From NCBI GenBank assembly GCA_964016885.1, contig OZ024744.1, positions 80,600,001-80,664,000 on the forward strand: a stretch of 64,000 nucleotides of DNA, given 5' to 3'. Each line of letters starts with the position of its first letter. Within the stretch, counting starts at the first letter, position 1. The notes beneath the pieces are model-generated. The model had not been told where the DNA came from, made no database searches, and worked only from the letters and a program-made list of their open reading frames with translations. Source of the DNA: Eledone cirrhosa. Lineage: Eukaryota. Positions 1 to 13,060 of this stretch are shown here, in pieces. The position numbers and the translations under genes are program-made.

Positions 1-562
1 TTTATTATTATTTGAAAAAAAAAAAAAAAAAAAAAAAATCGTTTATTTTTACATTGTGTTTTCCCCTCCAAATATTCGCTTATATTTCTTTATATATTCT
101 CTCTATATATATATATTTTTTTTAATCTTTATTATTTCCACTTTTATCCTCCTTTATATTTTACCTTATTCTTACTTTTATACCTTATTATAGTGTAATC
201 TTCCCCATGCCTTATTATACACTATTAATTATAGATTATTATTATTACTATTTTTCCATTTCTAATTACCTCATGTACTTTCTCCTCCGCTATATATATA
301 TATATATATTGTATGCACTTTGTGTTTGTGTAGCCTATGCACACCCTCTGCACCATACTATCGACGTCACCCCATCTATGGTTCAGCTAACCACCCGACT
401 CCCGGGAATGAATATGACCGCAGCTAGTAAACAAGGACCCACACCCCACCCTCCCGCACCAAAATTAGACTTATCGTCCCCTACTTTTGCTCTTTACTCT
501 CTTTACTCTTTGTTCTTGAATGTTTGGTTGGTAGAGTCCATAACACCAATCAAACCCCTTTT

Positions 563-613
563 ATAGCTCTGACGAATCCTACGGTTACATAAGGAAGAAA
601 CATTGTAAGCCAT
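563..613 (+). ncRNA. Degenerate type I hammerhead motif
   Basis: ATAGCT CTGACGA ATCCT...AGGAA GAAA CATTG TA AGCCAT; lies about 45 bp upstream of a (TA)n tract. Confidence 0.55.
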
Positions 614-726
614 TAAAAATCTTTTGATGTTGTAGACGCTCTTGTGTTCTTTTTCATATATATATATATATTATATATATATATATAATATATATATATT
701 ATATATATATATATATATATAATATA

Positions 727-764
<38 letters not shown>

Positions 765-770
765 TATATT

Positions 771-1117
771 ATCATTTCATCATCATCATTTCATTTTACG
801 TCCGCTTTTTCCCTGCTTACAAGGGTGGGACGGGAACTGATTCTGGCTTGATTTCTACAGCTGGATGCCCTTCCTAACACCAACCTCATTTACAGTGAGT
901 GCTGGGTGCTTTTTTGCCGTGGCACCTCCACGACCACTTTGCAGTGGAATGATATGGACCCTAGTCCCTATCATCTCATTTCTACAGCTGAGTAAACTGG
1001 AGCAATGTGAAATAAAGTGTCTTGCTCAAGGAAACAACACATCACCCGGTCTGAGAATTGAACTCACAACCTTTCGATTGCAAGGCCAATGCTCTAACCA
1101 CTAAGCCATGTACCTCC
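771..1117 (-). mobile_element. tRNA-derived SINE with RTE-derived 3' tail
   Basis: Minus strand shows A box TGGCTTAGTGG, B box GTTCAATTC and a central CTTGAGCAAGACACTT block. The 3' part matches the RTE 3' end at 6290-6440 and has a TGA/GAT-rich tail. Confidence 0.85.
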
Positions 1118-1122
1118 ATATA

Positions 1123-1204
<82 letters not shown>

Positions 1205-1231
1205 ATATTATATATATATATATTATATATA

Positions 1232-1341
<110 letters not shown>

Positions 1342-1345
1342 ATAT

Positions 1346-1376
<31 letters not shown>

Positions 1377-1379
1377 ATA

Positions 1380-1476
<97 letters not shown>

Positions 1477-1637
1477 ATATATATTATATATATATTATAT
1501 ATATATTATATATATTATATATATATTATATATATTATATATATTATATATATATTATATATATATATATATATATAATATATATATATATATTATATAT
1601 ATATTATATATATATATATTATATATATATATATATA

Positions 1638-1680
<43 letters not shown>

Positions 1681-2303
1681 TAATATATATATAATATATA
1701 TATTTATTAAATAACAGATTAAAGTTTAAACAAAGAATTGCTGCTTTCACCCTTAATGGATCTTCTGAAACTAACAAAGTCAATCTGTAAACGCAGAACT
1801 GGATATTTCAAAAAACGTTGCAACCGGGAGGAAAAACAGGGAGAACGATACGTTGGTTCATGAAGATCCATTAAGGGTGAAAGCAGCGATTCTTTGCTTA
1901 AACTTTAATCTGTTATTTTAATAAATATTTGCTCTACGGTTCTTATATATTTGATATATATTTTCCGTATCGAGCCCTCTTTGGATTTTAGTCTTCAATT
2001 TTATTATTATTACTATATATAATATATATATATAATATATATATATGTAACATATATATATATATTATATATATGTAATATATATATATATATAAATAAA
2101 TATATAATATATTATATATATATATATATTATATATATATGTAATATATATATATATTAATATATTATATATATATGTAATATATATATATATAAATAAA
2201 TATATAATATATTATATATATATATATATTATATATATATTATATATATATATATATAATATATATATATATAATATATATATATATATATAATAATATA
2301 TAT

Positions 2304-3410
2304 ATCATCATCATCATCAGGTTTAGCGTCCGTGTTCCGACGCTTGCGATGGGTTTGGACGGGGGTTTTCCCACTTGAGGCAAGAGTGGTTGTCTTGCTC
2401 GCATAGGACTGTCTGGCGGGTTTTCTACAGTTGGATGCCCTTCCTAACACCAACACATTTACAGTGTGGGGCTGGGAGGTTTTTACCGTGTTGCCTACAC
2501 GGCCACATTACAGCGTGGACTGTCTGGCGGGTTTTCTACAGCTGGATGCCCTTCCTAACACCAACCACATTTACAGTGTGGGGCTGGGAGGTTTTTACCG
2601 TGTTGCCTACACGGCCACATTTACAGCGTGGACTGTGTGTTTTTTTGTCGTGACACCTACACGATCTCATTTGTTTCGGCCTGGATGTTGTGGGACCAAC
2701 ATAACTTTACATTGAAAGGGGCGGTGTGGATGGGGTGGAGGTGGTGGGACGGGGGTGTGTTTTGATAGAGATGCCTACTGACTGTAGTAGGTTTTTACTT
2801 TGTATTTAGGTAAGGCGGGTCTTCTCTATTACTGAGTACCGCCAAAGGTCTCGGTCCAGTGACATTGTCTTGGAGAGGTGTAAGCGTGTGAGGTCGGAAT
2901 TTATCATCTCGTCCCATGTTTTTCTGGGTCTGCCTACTCCGTGGCTACCGTCTATCTTTATTGCCCTGCACTTTGTTATACAGCTGTCGTCTTTCATGCG
3001 CATCACGTGACCGTACCAACGTAGCCTTCTCTCGAGTAAACAACATCTGATCCCTCTTATTTCTAATTTTTTCCTTAGTTCGTTTATGCTTTGCCGTTCA
3101 CGTATATTACTATTGCACATCCAGCGGAGCATGCAAGCTTCGTTCCTCTCTAGTCTGCGTATATCCTCTGCACACAATGCCCAGGTCTCACTGCCATGCA
3201 GCATTGCTGTTCGTATGCAGGCATCGTATAACCTGCCTTTCATTTTTTGGGAGAACCCTCTAGCGGCTAATAGTGGTATAAGCTCTCTGAACTTTTTCCA
3301 TCCAGTTCTGACTCTAGCTACTGTACTTTCAGAGCACCCTCCCCCACTGCTGATTTTGTCACCCAGGTAACGGAAGCTGTCCACTATTTCTATAGAACCC
3401 TCTGCGCAGT
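2304..3410 (-). mobile_element. RTE-clade LINE 3' portion (RT C-terminus, 3' UTR, (GAT)n tail), cut by the assembly gap
   Basis: ORF 2806-3410 reads VDSFRYLG...ARVRTGWKKFREL...YDACIRTAMLHGSETW...RRLRWYGHVMRM...GRPRKTW, the typical RTE C-terminal motifs. The 3' UTR has a ~111-bp tandem duplication and a trinucleotide tail ending in (TA)n. Confidence 0.92.
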
Positions 3411-3610
3411 NNNNNNNNNNNNNNNNNNNNNNNNNNNNNNNNNNNNNNNNNNNNNNNNNNNNNNNNNNNNNNNNNNNNNNNNNNNNNNNNNNNNNNNNNN
3501 NNNNNNNNNNNNNNNNNNNNNNNNNNNNNNNNNNNNNNNNNNNNNNNNNNNNNNNNNNNNNNNNNNNNNNNNNNNNNNNNNNNNNNNNNNNNNNNNNNNN
3601 NNNNNNNNNN
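3411..3610. other. Assembly gap (200 N)
   Basis: Run of N; order and orientation across it are not verifiable from this window. Confidence 1.
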
Positions 3611-4042
3611 TTATAGCACAATGAGAATGTTTTCCGTGAACCTAGGGTTTGCAGAGTTGATCATGTAAATTCACATAGATGTTTGTAGTTATCACATAAA
3701 CATATGAATTTAAAAAAAAAAATAAACATAAGATCATTACTTTTCACACATTATGGATACATGTCTCATTCAGGAATACTGATATTTACAATATAGTGGC
3801 TGTTTTTTTATACATACTAATACCTCTACATTAAAACATAGGGTTTTTATGCCTCGCCTATGTCTGGCTATTTTTAATTTTTCTCTATATAACAGCTGGT
3901 TTCTATCCTAACCAGATATATCTCCCTTACATTAATACTAGAGCTAAATAAATAAATAAATAAATAAATGTATCATTGATACGTTTACTCAACGGACGTC
4001 CCACTACCTAGTTTTCTATATGTATATATCTATCTCTATTTC

Positions 4043-4086
<44 letters not shown>

Positions 4087-4300
4087 CTGTTTCTTTACAT
4101 GAAGTTCTTCTCTTTATCTATCTTTCCATCTCTCTATTGTGTTCCATGCATTTCTTCTTTTTTTTTTCTTCTTTTTCTTCGTTTTCTGTCTTTCTTTCTC
4201 TCTGTGTACAATTTTTTCACTGCCAATTCAACTTTTCAAATACAAGTCGATGTTGTTACGGTATGTCAAATCTGTTTATCTATAAAACTGTTTATATTGT

Positions 4301-4364
4301 ATTTTGTCTGAGGAAGGCATAGCATATTGTTAATATGATATCCCTGAAATATATATAATGAAAT
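4301..4364 (+). ncRNA. Type I minimal hammerhead ribozyme
   Basis: Stem I ATTTTGT/ATGAAAT (two G-U); CTGAGGA (4308-4314); stem II AGGCATAGCATATT-GTT-AATATGATATCCCT; GAAA; TATATA; AUA triplet, predicted cut after 4357; AATAAA overlaps the 3' end. Confidence 0.82.
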
Positions 4365-4494
4365 AAATATGGTTTCATAAATATAGTTTCCATTTATTTA
4401 ATATTGTAAATATACTCCAAATACTTGTCGAGTACTTTTATATCAGTTATAAATATTTACTAGTTGTAACCCAACAATTTAAATATAACTTTCC

Positions 4495-6180
<1,686 letters not shown>

Positions 6181-6938
6181 CATCATCATCACCGTTTTAC
6201 GTCTGTTCTTCCACGCTAGCATGGGTTAGATGGGTTGTCCTGTTGTGGGCAGTGCCTGGTCGGCTGACCATGCCTTGCTCATACAGGAACTGATTCTGGC
6301 TTGATTTCTACAGCTGGATGCCCTTCCTAACACCAACCTCATTTACAGTGAGTGCTGGGTGCTTTTTCGTGGCGCCTACACGTCCACTTTACAGTTTGGG
6401 CTGGGTGCTTTTTTGCCGTGGCACCTCCACGACCACCTAGCGGTGGGGGTGTGGGGGCATATTGTCTATATGCTTCAGCTTGTACCCATGGCAGGTCGGG
6501 TACTCTGTATTACTGTGCGACGCCAGAGGTCACGGTCGTGTGTTATTGCCTTTGAGAGGTGTAATTGGGTAAGGTCGGCTTTTATCACCTCATCCCAGGT
6601 CATCTTGGGTCTCCCCACTCCGCGGTTTCTGAAGCATATAAACAATATGCCCCCACTCCCCCCACCGCAAGGTGGTCGTGGAGGTGCCACGGCAAAAAAG
6701 CACCCAGCCCACACTGTAAAGTGGATGTGTAGGCGCCACGAAAAAGCACCCAGCACTCACTGTAAATGAGGTTGGTGTTAGGAAGGGCATCCAGCTGTAG
6801 AACTCAAGCCAGATCAGTTCCTGTATGAGCAAGGCATGGTCAGCCGACCAGACACTGCCCACAACAGGACAACCCGTCTAACCCATGCTAGCGTGGAAGA
6901 ACGGACGTAAAACGGTGATGATGATGATGATGATGATG
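6181..6938. mobile_element. Inverted pair of RTE LINE 3' ends with tails pointing outward
   Basis: 6181-6478 is the near reverse complement of 6629-6930. The spacer encodes RGVGRPKMTWDEVIKADL...DRDLWR on the minus strand. (CAT)n on the left, (GAT)n on the right, both abutting (TA)n. Confidence 0.9.
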
Positions 6939-6941
6939 ATA

Positions 6942-6979
<38 letters not shown>

Positions 6980-7018
6980 ATATATAAGAACAAAAGATGG
7001 TTAAAAGAGTTCCATGTA

Positions 7019-7085
7019 TTTTATTATGCGCATTTCAAAAACAAATATCATCATGCAATAATATTTGTGTTTTCATCAGATAAAA
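7019..7085 (-). ncRNA. Type I minimal hammerhead ribozyme with palindromic stem III
   Basis: Minus strand reads TTTTAT CTGATGA AAACACAAATATTATT-GCAT-GATGATATTTGTTTTT GAAA TGCGCA TA ATAAAA; AUA triplet. Confidence 0.88.
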
Positions 7086-7253
7086 CATGAAGACATGATA
7101 TGAAGGTTAAAAAACACTTGTGGATAGTTCAGTTTTAAATCAACATATTATTATTATCCGATATCTGCATTGCTTTATTGTACTACAATAAAACTCACCT
7201 CCTACATATATATTATATATATATAATATATATAATATATATATAATATATAC

Positions 7254-7304
<51 letters not shown>

Positions 7305-7658
7305 CATACGTATGTATGTATATATATATATACACATATATATATATACATATGTATGTATGTATATATATATATACATGTATGTATATATATATATATA
7401 TACATATGTATGTATATATATATATATATACATACATATGTATGTATGTATATATATATATATACATATGTATGTATATATATATATATATATATATACA
7501 TATGTATGTATGTATATATATATATATATATATACATATGTATGTATATATATATATATATATACATATGTATGTATGTATATATATATATACATATGTA
7601 TGTATGTATATATATACATATGTATGTATATATATATATATATACATATGTATGTATG

Positions 7659-7701
<43 letters not shown>

Positions 7702-7734
7702 GTATGTATGTATGTATATATATATATATATATA

Positions 7735-8028
7735 AAGTTATGTTGGTGCCACAACATCCAGGCCGAAACAAATGAGATCGTGTAGGTGTCACGACAAAAA
7801 AAACACACAATTCACGCTGTAATGTGGCCGTGTAGGCAACACGGTAAAAACCTCCCAGACCCACACTGTAAATGTGGTTGGTGTTAGGAAGGGCATCCAA
7901 CTGTAGAAAACCTGCCAGACAGTTCTATGCGAGCTAGACAACCATTCTTGCCTCCAGTGGGAATACCCCCATCCAAACCCATGCAAGCGTGGAACACGGA
8001 CGTTAAACGTCGATGATGATGATGGTGA
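7735..8028 (+). mobile_element. RTE LINE 3' UTR fragment
   Basis: Reverse complement of the 2304-2710 family; ends in a GAT-repeat tail within (TA)n/(TATG)n. Confidence 0.85.
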
Positions 8029-9394
8029 TATACATATGTATGTATGTATATATATATATATACATATGTATGTGTGCGTCTGTGTATATATATATATATA
8101 TGCATGCTTGTATGGGTATATATACATAATATTTAATGGTGTGCATGAACATAAGTGAAACTGCAAGAACACTGAGTGTGCATCTACGTACACAGGTGCA
8201 ACAACAAATGTTATTTTGTGGCCAAATACACCATCATTGAGGGTACCAAGGCTGTCACCAAATTACACCAACTGCAAGTAGATTGTTGCTCTTGTTACCC
8301 ATCAAGACATGTACAATGTATGAGTATGTGTGTGTGAGCAAGTGTCCTAGGTGTTTACATATGTGCAGGAGAATATAAGGAGCCAAGAGGTAATAGTGTT
8401 TTCTTTTACTAGCTGAGGTACCCAGCTTTGCCCGGACAAATAGACGATAAGAGAAGACTGTTAGAAGAGAAAACGTCTGTATTTGATGCATTGTCTGGTT
8501 TACAGTATAAATATGTGTGTGTGTGTGTGTGTAAACCTGCGTTCAAATTGGAGACGCCGGCTGCGAAACACAATCACTGACAACAAACGTGCAGAGAAAA
8601 TCCCTTATGGTTGATTCCTAGCCTGCTAGAAATAGCAGTCAGGTTGGTTAGCATATGTGGGATGTCTTTCTTCTTCTTTGATGTTATAAAGTAAGTATTA
8701 ATAAACCTTCCTGGATATAGCCTTATTCCATTGGTGTACTTACTTTTGAATTGTCAGTTTTTATTTTTGTGTGATGCATGAAGGAACCAACCAACAAACA
8801 TCTCTCTTTTATATTATGTATAGATTAGTTTCAGTTCACCCTGATTTAATCCTCCCTTGTATCGTTTTTTTGTTGATCTGTTAACTTACAAGATACAATA
8901 AAACACAGACATGAATGCACATACACACATATATCAGATGGACTTTCACATAGTTTGCGTCTAACAAATTTCTCTCACAAGACATTGGTCAACCCTAGGT
9001 TGGGAAAGTAAAAGATACTTGCCCAAAGTGCCAAGCATGTGTGACTGAATCTGAGACCATGCAGTCACAAAATGGAATTTCTTAACCACACAGACATGCT
9101 GGCACATGTATGTATGCATGTGCACGTGCGTTTGTGTGTGTGTGTGTGTGTGACAGCTCCTTAATTGTTTTTAGCTGATTTAGACAGTTTTTTTTTGCTG
9201 CTGTTTGTAGCGTCAATATAAGCCCATCGTATTGTCCTAATACACTGAATAGATAATTTTCATACAGTATTTTAAAGTTGCATCATGCAACAATATCCCA
9301 GACCTCATTCACTTAACAAGTGAAATGGAGCTCGTTAAATCATGTTTCCATTGGTCTTTCTAATTGATATTACTTACCTACCAATCACAAATCA

Positions 9395-9521
9395 AAGCTG
9401 ATGGAGCAACGTTACATAAAGTGTCATGCTCAAGAACATAATGCATGGCCCGGTCTGGTAATCGAACTCACAATTCCACGATTGCGAATCCAATTCTCTA
9501 ACTACTCAGCCACACTCCTTC
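9395..9521 (-). mobile_element. Diverged SINE 5' fragment
   Basis: Minus strand has TGGCTGAGTAG (A-box-like), GTTCGATT (B-box-like) and CTTGAGCATGACACTT. Confidence 0.6.
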
Positions 9522-9569
<48 letters not shown>

Positions 9570-9573
<4 letters not shown>

Positions 9574-9668
9574 GTGTCCCCAAAAATGTATACACACTTT
9601 GATTACTTGTATAGACAATATTTATTAGAATGTTGTTGAAGTATGTATACATTTTTTGGAACACCCTG
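9570..9668. mobile_element. Small Tc1/mariner-type MITE
   Basis: Imperfect TIRs CACAGTGTCCCCAAAAATGTATACA / TGTATACATTTTTTGGAACACCCTG, flanked by CA/TG and TA repeats. Confidence 0.7.
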
Positions 9669-9684
9669 TGTGTGTGTATATATA

Positions 9685-9754
<70 letters not shown>

Positions 9755-10017
9755 AAAGTTATATTTAAAATTGTTGGGATACAACAAGTAAATGTTTTAT
9801 AACTGATATAAAGCACTCGACAAGTTTTTGGAGTAGATATACGATATTAAATAAATGGAAACTATATTTATAAAACCATATTTATTTCATTATACATATT
9901 TCAGGGATACCAAATTATTATTATTATTATTATTATACTAAATAATTTGGTATCCCTGAAATATGTATAATGAAATAAATATGGTTTTATAAATATAGTT
10001 TCCATTTATTTAATATC

Positions 10018-10064
<47 letters not shown>

Positions 10065-10210
10065 TACACACACATTATCTTTAATGTGTAGAAATATCTG
10101 TGACCCCCAGCAGACAACTGATAAAGGAAAATTTTCTCCCGTTCATGCTTTCCTCTTATTTATAAGTACACCTTATCCAGCAATTACACATCCACTAGCC
10201 CCTGTTTCTT

Positions 10211-10252
<42 letters not shown>

Positions 10253-10402
10253 AAGAAACAGGGGCTGTGTAGTTGCTGGATAAGGTGTACTTATAAATAA
10301 GAGGAAAGCATGAACGGGAGAAAATTTTCCTTTATCAGTTGTCTGCTGGGGGTCACATATTTTTACACATGCATACATATATATCACATATATATATATA
10401 TA

Positions 10403-10479
<77 letters not shown>

Positions 10480-10536
10480 TTCAAGAGTACCAAAAAAAAA
10501 CATGACCTGACCTTACTGATACATTTTTTTTTTCAA

Positions 10537-10580
<44 letters not shown>

Positions 10581-10673
10581 GAAGTAATTCCGTCGGAAAA
10601 GTCCAGGAAAAAAGAGTGCTCTATGTAGGTAACAGAGCTTAATAGTTATGTAATAAACAACATAAGGCAATTA

Positions 10674-10734
10674 TTTCATTTACCAGTGGTTTCTTAAAAG
10701 CAAAAAAATTTTGCTTTCAATCATCAGAATGAAA
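10674..10734 (-). ncRNA. Type I hammerhead ribozyme, mirror copy in the palindrome
   Basis: Exact reverse complement of 10748-10808. Confidence 0.88.
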
Positions 10735-10747
10735 AAATCCTGGATTT

Positions 10748-10808
10748 TTTCATTCTGATGATTGAAAGCAAAATTTTTTTGCTTTTAAGAAACCACTGGT
10801 AAATGAAA
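10748..10808 (+). ncRNA. Type I hammerhead ribozyme, intact
   Basis: Stem I TTTCATT/AATGAAA; core CTGATGA (10755-10761); stem II TTGAAAGCAAAA/TTTTGCTTTTAA; GAAA (10789-10792); stem III CC-ACT-GG; GUA triplet, predicted cut after 10801. Confidence 0.88.
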
Positions 10809-10979
10809 TAATTGCCTTATGTTGTTTATTACATAACTATATATATATATATATATTTTATTATATATATATATATATAAGTATATATATATATATATAT
10901 ATACTTTATTATATATGTCCCAAGGCTCTGATACCATCAACACTATAAACACAAAGCTGGCATATCTAAGAACTGACTA

Positions 10980-11035
10980 ACTGCCTGATGAGGTCATAGC
11001 CATTCAATGGCTATCATCGAAATATATATAGCAGT
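10980..11035 (+). ncRNA. Type I minimal hammerhead ribozyme with palindromic stem III
   Basis: Stem I ACTGC/GCAGT; CTGATGA (10985-10991); stem II GGTCATAGCCAT-TCA-ATGGCTATCATC; GAAA; TATATA; AUA triplet, predicted cut after 11030; AATAAA follows at 11037. Confidence 0.88.
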
Positions 11036-11595
11036 AAATAAAGGATTATGAGTTCATGCAATTGACTTATGTTTCGTCACTATATATATATATATATATA
11101 TATATAGTATTAAGGATACTATTTATGGTTATGCAAATACAAAAACCTTTTGTAGTTATATATATTTTTACAAACCCTAAATAGTGATAGGCAGTAATAT
11201 ATTACCACCTTATTACCAGTAAGTTAAATAGCTCAATGTACTAACATCAGATGTTTTACAGAGCAGTTATATATAAGTTATAAGAATCAAAGTTCTGATC
11301 AAATCATTACTATGCTTACAATTGTTTCCGCCAAACCGAGGTTTGGATTCTTCGGAGCAATTTATTAATGGATGATCATAAATATGACCTCCTTTTCAAC
11401 GCAAGAGACATACAGATACATATGCAAACATTGTTGCTCGGCAGGTCGACAATCATCATAATGTTTAGTGTGGCAGTATACACTTAAAGGTTACATTCAT
11501 ATCAACAGAGGAAAAATCAAAAATTAAGGTTAAAATACAACATGAAATTAATGCGATGAAAAGGAGGTCATATTTATGATCATCCATTAATAAAT

Positions 11596-11642
11596 TGCTC
11601 CGAAGAATCCAAACCTCAGTTTAGAGGAAACAATTGTAAGCA
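11596..11642 (+). ncRNA. Variant hammerhead motif (core CCGAAGA); mirror copy on minus strand at 11313-11359
   Basis: TGCT CCGAAGA ATCCAAACCTCAGTTTAGAG GAAA CAATTG TA AGCA; palindromic CAATTG stem III; the U4-to-C change is present in both copies. Confidence 0.6.
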
Positions 11643-11853
11643 TTGAAATGATTTGATCAGAACTTTGATTCTTATAACTTATATATATATATATATATAT
11701 ATAAATCTCTTCGAAAAAAAAAAAATGTATCAGTGAGGTCAGGTCACTGGTTCTTTGCTGGTTTCTTTCTAAACAAGGTACTAGAATGATATTATATTCC
11801 TGCCTCTATGGCATTGAATTAAAAAACAACAACAAACTTAATACGATATAGAA

Positions 11854-12057
11854 CAGGCATGTCAAACTGAGGGTCTGCTGAGGGCCACATGGGTCTCATA
11901 TGTGTGGTCTGAAGGCCACACATTACAACTAACATTTTGTATTTTATATTACGCTTGCGCTGTAAAATCCTCTGTGTGGGCTGCCGGTGGGCTTGCAAAG
12001 GGCCGCATGCGACACGCGGGCCGCATGTGACACGCGGGCCGCTTTTTGAAATGCCTG
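11854..12057. mobile_element. hAT-type MITE
   Basis: TIRs CAGGCATGTCAAA / TTTGAAATGCCTG; GGGCCGCATG subterminal repeats; degenerate 8-bp TSD ATATAGAA / ATAGAGAG. Confidence 0.75.
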
Positions 12058-12342
12058 ATAGAGAGCCATTGTGCTGTGTCTACAGCTAAATAACATGTCA
12101 ATGAGTGCATCTGTGTGTAACTATGCAGGAGAGAGAGACACAGAAAGGCAAAAGAGGGAGAGAGTGAATAGGGATTTTTAAAAAAAAGAGAAAAAATACA
12201 AAAAAACGGGGAGGGATACACAAAAAAAAAAGAAAAGAAAAAGAAAGAAGCTCTCATTTCTGAGGAAGGGATTAAAAATAAAGCAATAAAAGCTACTCAT
12301 TAAAATGTTCACATAAATAAATAAGAAAATAATTATTGGCAC

Positions 12343-12366
12343 CTGTTCCCTGTGGACTACATTCTA
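12343..12366 (-). CDS. dia: Candidate 24-nt symmetric microexon of the formin (V-E-C-S-P-Q-G-T)
   Basis: Polypyrimidine tract TCTTTTGTTTTTAG|TAGAATGTAGTCCACAGGGAACAG|GTGCCA. Phase 1/1 fits the preceding phase-1 exon and the frame is open. The donor is only moderate. Confidence 0.4.
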
Positions 12367-12575
12367 CTAAAAACAAAAGAGAAATAAATAAATAAAAAAA
12401 TCAAATGAAAAACAAATAATGACAAAAAAAATCTGATGAAACGAAATTTCTAACAAAAACACATTCAGGAATGTCCTTCACATTACATATATATATATAT
12501 ATATATATGTATGTGTATATATTTATATATATATATATATATATAAATTATGTAATAAACAACATAAGACAATTA

Positions 12576-12648
12576 TTCCTTTTACCAAAGGTTTCACGAA
12601 TACAGGTGAGTTCAACAGAGACGTCTGAAATTGCTCATCAGAATGAAA
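12576..12648 (-). ncRNA. Type I hammerhead ribozyme, mirror copy of 13061-13133
   Basis: Reverse complement of 13061-13133 within the inverted repeat 12546-12786 / 12928-13163. Confidence 0.7.
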
Positions 12649-12832
12649 ATTTAATATGGACGTAAGATATGAAAATAAAAACAAAGGCTATTACAATTGA
12701 AAGCGAGGGTGAAATAAAATAAAATAAAATAAAAATAAGAAATATATAAAATAACAGGAAAAATATACAGACTGATGTAGAACGTAAAGTTAGGGGGTAA
12801 AAATGAATACATATATACATATATATATATAC

Positions 12833-12893
<61 letters not shown>

Positions 12894-13060
12894 CACATAC
12901 CTATATATACCTACACTTACACACACATACGTTCTGCATCAGTCTGTATATTTTTCCTGTTATTTATTTTATATATTATTTATATTTTATTTTATTTCAC
13001 CCTCGCTTTCAATTGTAATAGCCTTTGTTTTTATTTTCATATCTTACGTCCATATTAAAT

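Noticed and set aside
8738-8790. Minus-strand GTAAGT donor
   Set aside because: Upstream translation does not resemble the expected next FH2 segment and no clear acceptor is visible.
10113-10160. CTGATAA followed by an AGGAAA/TTTCCT stem as a hammerhead
   Set aside because: Core deviates and no GAAA or NUH follows the stem.
12428-12455. CTGATGAAACGAAA as a hammerhead
   Set aside because: No room for stem II and no convincing stems I or III.
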